This document shows positions 60,892 through 64,000 of a stretch of 64,000 nt of DNA, piece after piece. The notes beneath the pieces were generated by a model. It saw nothing but the letters and a program-made list of their open reading frames with translations, had not been told where the DNA came from and did not search any database. Within the stretch, counting starts at the first letter, position 1. Every line of letters starts with the position of its first letter. This DNA is from an uncultured Desulfurococcales archaeon (GTDB taxonomy: Archaea > Thermoproteota > Thermoprotei_A > EX4484-217-1): contig CAZLZO010000006.1 in NCBI GenBank assembly GCA_964564025.1, positions 585 to 64,584 on the forward strand, read 5' to 3'. The translations under genes were made by a program, and so were the position numbers.

Positions 60892-61734
60892 TTGCCTCCA
60901 AGAATACAGAATTATATGTCCTCACCAGTAACTGTTGCTTCCCCACTCGACAGCTTAGCACATATAAGGAATTTAATGTTACGCCATGATATAAGTACAG
61001 TCGTGATAGTTGATGAAAATGAGAAACCTATGGGCTTAGTTTCGAGAAAGGATATTTTAAAAGCAACAATGACTAAGGATTGGATATCTAGACCTATTGA
61101 TAGAATTTATGCTTCAGAAGTTATGACAAAACCTTACAGTGTTAAGCCAAGTTTAAGCATAAAGAGGGCAGCTAATTTAATGTTGAAAAAGGATTTATGG
61201 TCTCTAGTGGTTACGGTTGAAGAAAAGCTTGTTGGAATACTCACTAGAACAGACCTTGCAAGAGCGTATGCAGAAAAATACTATGGTAAAGCTAGGGTAG
61301 AAGAATTCATGGAAAAAACTGTCCCTACGGTTTCACCAACACATACAATATATTACGTAGCAGATCTTCTATCAAGAACCAATCTAAGAAGAGTTGTAGT
61401 TGTAGATAATGAGAAACCTATAGGAATTATTACCGAATTCGATCTAGCATTCGTCGAAACAGCACTAACGCGACATAGAGGTGAGTCTTTTAGGAAAAGA
61501 CTAGGTAGGTCCCCGAGAGGGAAGTATTGTGTAATACGTTACTACCTTGTCCCATTAGCTATAGACGTTATGACCTCTGACCTTATTACAATAGAGCCAG
61601 AAGCGGACTTAGCAGAAGCTGCACATGCAATGATAGTAAACGGTATAAGTAGCTTACCTGTAGTTAGCAATGGTAAGCTTTTAGGGATAGTAACTAAGGC
61701 AAATATTTTAAAGGCTATAACTGAGGTTTCATAG
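60892..61734 (+). CDS. CBS-domain protein (four CBS, basic insertion)
   Basis: YMSSPV, GILTRTD, GIITEFD, GIVTKAN. Confidence 0.92.
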   Translation: MPPRIQNYMSSPVTVASPLDSLAHIRNLMLRHDISTVVIVDENEKPMGLVSRKDILKATMTKDWISRPIDRIYASEVMTKPYSVKPSLSIKRAANLMLKKDLWSLVVTVEEKLVGILTRTDLARAYAEKYYGKARVEEFMEKTVPTVSPTHTIYYVADLLSRTNLRRVVVVDNEKPIGIITEFDLAFVETALTRHRGESFRKRLGRSPRGKYCVIRYYLVPLAIDVMTSDLITIEPEADLAEAAHAMIVNGISSLPVVSNGKLLGIVTKANILKAITEVS

Positions 61735-61736
61735 TT

Positions 61737-62546
61737 ATGAGCGTTAATTTGAATTTGAAAGTTAGCGAAGTAATGCTAAAAGAATTCCCTGTTCTTGATA
61801 AAGATGACACATTGCACCATGCTTTAAAGCTTATGGGAAAATACGGCATGGACAGGGTTGTTGCAATAGAAAAAGGAAAGATTGTCGGTATAGCTACAAA
61901 GAAGGATATTATGGAGAGACTTGGAACTTTAAGGACAAGAAACATAACCCCTTCAAGACTTTATGTTTCAAGTGTTATGACCTCTAATCCCATAACACTT
62001 AAGCCTGAAGCTAGGGTTAAATCGGCCGTAAATCTTATGGTGGAGAATGATGTAAGTAGCATACCTATAGTTGATGATGAAAATAGACCTTTAGGATTAA
62101 TAACTAAGGTTGAAATAGCTAAGCTTTGTGTTAAAGAAAAAGTAAAAGTAGCTGAAATAATGAGTTGGAACCCCATTTATGTTAAGCCTACAGATAGGGT
62201 TTTACATGCAAGACAACTATTAATACGAAATAGTATAACAACATTACCTGTTGTTGAAGAAGATAAGGTTGTAGGATTAGTTACTATAGATGACGTAGCT
62301 GACGTATTAGCTGCATTTCACGATATAGTTCCTGAAAAATACAGGAAAGAAAGAATAATGAACCTATTAGTAGCTGACATTATGAGGATAAGATTTCCTA
62401 AACTCTATATTGACACAACACTTGGTGATGCTGCTAAAGAAATTGTAATGAGAAGGTTAAAGGGAGCACCAGTTTTAGGTAGAAATAACATGTTAATAGG
62501 AATTTTAACTTTAACTGATATTACAAGATATGTTGCTGGAAAATAA
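61737..62546 (+). CDS. CBS-domain protein (four CBS)
   Basis: GIATKKDI..RLG, GLITKVE, GLVTIDD, GILTLTD. Confidence 0.92.
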   Translation: MSVNLNLKVSEVMLKEFPVLDKDDTLHHALKLMGKYGMDRVVAIEKGKIVGIATKKDIMERLGTLRTRNITPSRLYVSSVMTSNPITLKPEARVKSAVNLMVENDVSSIPIVDDENRPLGLITKVEIAKLCVKEKVKVAEIMSWNPIYVKPTDRVLHARQLLIRNSITTLPVVEEDKVVGLVTIDDVADVLAAFHDIVPEKYRKERIMNLLVADIMRIRFPKLYIDTTLGDAAKEIVMRRLKGAPVLGRNNMLIGILTLTDITRYVAGK

Positions 62547-62589
62547 TTTAAAACACTTTAGAACAACAATTTTCTTAAGGAATTTTAAA

Positions 62590-63075
62590 ATGTTTAAGCT
62601 AAAATTTGTAGCCGACGCAATGTTAGGTAGTTTAGCTAGGTGGCTAAGAATTTTAGGCTATGATACAGTGTATTCGAAAAACATTAGTGATAAGGATATT
62701 TTAGAGCATGCGTCTAAGGATAAAAGGATAATTTTGACACGGGATTACAGTCTTTACAGGAGGGCTAAAAAATACGGATTAAACGTTGTGTATTTTGAAA
62801 CGAATGAAATAGAAAAAATGCTAACTGTACTCGCTAAAAGGTATGGCATAAACTTAGCAATAGACCCTGATAGAACTAGATGCCCAATATGTAATGGTGA
62901 TTTAGTAAGAGCTTCTTCAGAAAAGGTTAAAGGTAGAGTACCCGAAGTCGTAATAAAGGAACATAAGGATTTTTGGATATGCACTAAATGTGGCAAAATA
63001 TATTGGAAAGGCACTCACTGGATAACAATGGAGAAAATACTGGCTGAAGTTAGAAAAGAGGTTTCCAAGGTGTAA
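62590..63075 (+). CDS. Mut7-C RNase (PIN fold plus Zn ribbon) domain protein
   Basis: FVADAMLG.LARWLR.LGYD, LTRD, RCP.CNG, C..CGKIYW.G.H; start moved to the ATG at 62590. Confidence 0.93.
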   Translation: MFKLKFVADAMLGSLARWLRILGYDTVYSKNISDKDILEHASKDKRIILTRDYSLYRRAKKYGLNVVYFETNEIEKMLTVLAKRYGINLAIDPDRTRCPICNGDLVRASSEKVKGRVPEVVIKEHKDFWICTKCGKIYWKGTHWITMEKILAEVRKEVSKV

Positions 63076-63079
63076 TAAG

Positions 63080-63751
63080 ATGGTTACATTAAAAGACTTT
63101 ACACTTGACGACGGCGTATTCTTAGTTAAACTTTCAAGAAAAGCTGTTGAAACATTTTTAAAAGCTGGAGTTAAAATTTCACCTCCTAAAAATATTCCTG
63201 AAAAGTTTAAAGAAAAATTCGGTGTTTTTGTAACCATAGAAAGACTTAGCCATATAGGGCCCAAGGTTTATAAGGAATTAAGAGGATGCATAGGTTTCCC
63301 ATATCCAATAAAGTCCCTCATAGAAGCAACCATTGACTCTGCAATATCTGCTGCTGTTGAAGATCCTAGGTTCCCCCCTATGAAGCTTAACGAGCTAAGT
63401 AATGTTATATTTGAGGTCTCCATTCTTTCTCCTCCAGAGGAAGTAGTGGTAAGAAACAGGAAGGATTTACCTAAAGAAATAGTTATTGGCCGCGATGGCC
63501 TCATAGTAGAGTATGGCTGGTATAGAGGCTTACTTTTACCCCAAGTACCAGTAGAGTATAAATGGGACACTGAAACCTTTCTTGCAGAAACATGTATGAA
63601 AGCTGGTCTACCTCCAGATTCATGGCTCATTGACGATGTTAAAATTTACAGGTTCGAGGCAAGGATTTTTACTGAAATAGAACCTAATGGTAAAGTAGTT
63701 ATGAGAGACTTATTTAAGGAACTTAAGGTAATGAAGGAGAGTGAGAATTGA
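63080..63751 (+). CDS. AMMECR1/TIGR00296 family protein
   Basis: GVFVT, LRGCIG, DPRFPP, EVSILS, IG.DGLI, GLLLPQV. Confidence 0.95.
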   Translation: MVTLKDFTLDDGVFLVKLSRKAVETFLKAGVKISPPKNIPEKFKEKFGVFVTIERLSHIGPKVYKELRGCIGFPYPIKSLIEATIDSAISAAVEDPRFPPMKLNELSNVIFEVSILSPPEEVVVRNRKDLPKEIVIGRDGLIVEYGWYRGLLLPQVPVEYKWDTETFLAETCMKAGLPPDSWLIDDVKIYRFEARIFTEIEPNGKVVMRDLFKELKVMKESEN

Positions 63752-64000
63752 AAACAGTTTTTGTCCCATTACTTATGCCATTTTTTAATTTCAACGGCAA
63801 CATCGTAGGTGCTGCAAGAATATACTACGGCGTTATAGTTTCTAACTCTTTTGCTCTAATTAATTGTCCATCTGATGAGGCTTCTACAAAGTTTTTAGAA
63901 AGCCTCGGCATTGAAGCATTAAGTTACTGTGAAGTAAAAAATAACCCGACACTAAATTACGCTTTAGAATACGCTATTGAAGTATTTACTGGTAAGAAGC
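63748..64000 (+). CDS. hypothetical protein (5' part, runs off the window edge)
   Basis: Manual translation from a TTG overlapping the AMMECR1 stop: MKTVFVPLLMPFFNFNGNIVGAARIYYG..., open to the window end. Confidence 0.6.
   Translation, partial: MKTVFVPLLMPFFNFNGNIVGAARIYYGVIVSNSFALINCPSDEASTKFLESLGIEALSYCEVKNNPTLNYALEYAIEVFTGKK

Noticed and set aside
1-64000. CRISPR arrays, tRNA/rRNA genes, integrases or transposases
   Set aside because: No regularly spaced repeats, no long GC-rich structural RNA islands and no recombinase or transposase motifs were seen by eye

Overview
AT-rich, gene-dense chromosomal segment of a hyperthermophile-like crenarchaeon (Thermoproteota). The assignment rests on Cren7, cdvABC, thermosome, Rpo6, archaeal SAM synthetase and NucS. 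It is mostly housekeeping DNA; I found no tRNA, rRNA, CRISPR array, integrase or transposase. Main content: (i) an nrdJ-cobO-PDO ribonucleotide-reduction block; (ii) a cdvA-cdvB-cdvC (ESCRT-III/Vps4) cell-division operon head-to-head with a second ESCRT-III gene, with a perfect inverted repeat between the two TATA boxes; (iii) a 46-aa Cys/His-containing Cren7 gene missed by the ORF track, plus a longer Cren7-like paralog; (iv) four intergenic C/D-box guide sRNAs not in the ORF track, three with both guides matching one substrate (16S h18, 23S H69-H71, tRNA-Lys(UUU)); (v) a long plus-strand run Sfm1-like SPOUT - Rqc2 - five tandem CBS-only proteins - Mut7-C RNase - AMMECR1, the best candidate for an undescribed system; (vi) an apparently catalytically dead TtuA/Ncs6 paralog. 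Protein calls come from motifs recognised by eye, and rRNA/tRNA targets from remembered conserved sequences. No database searches were run.
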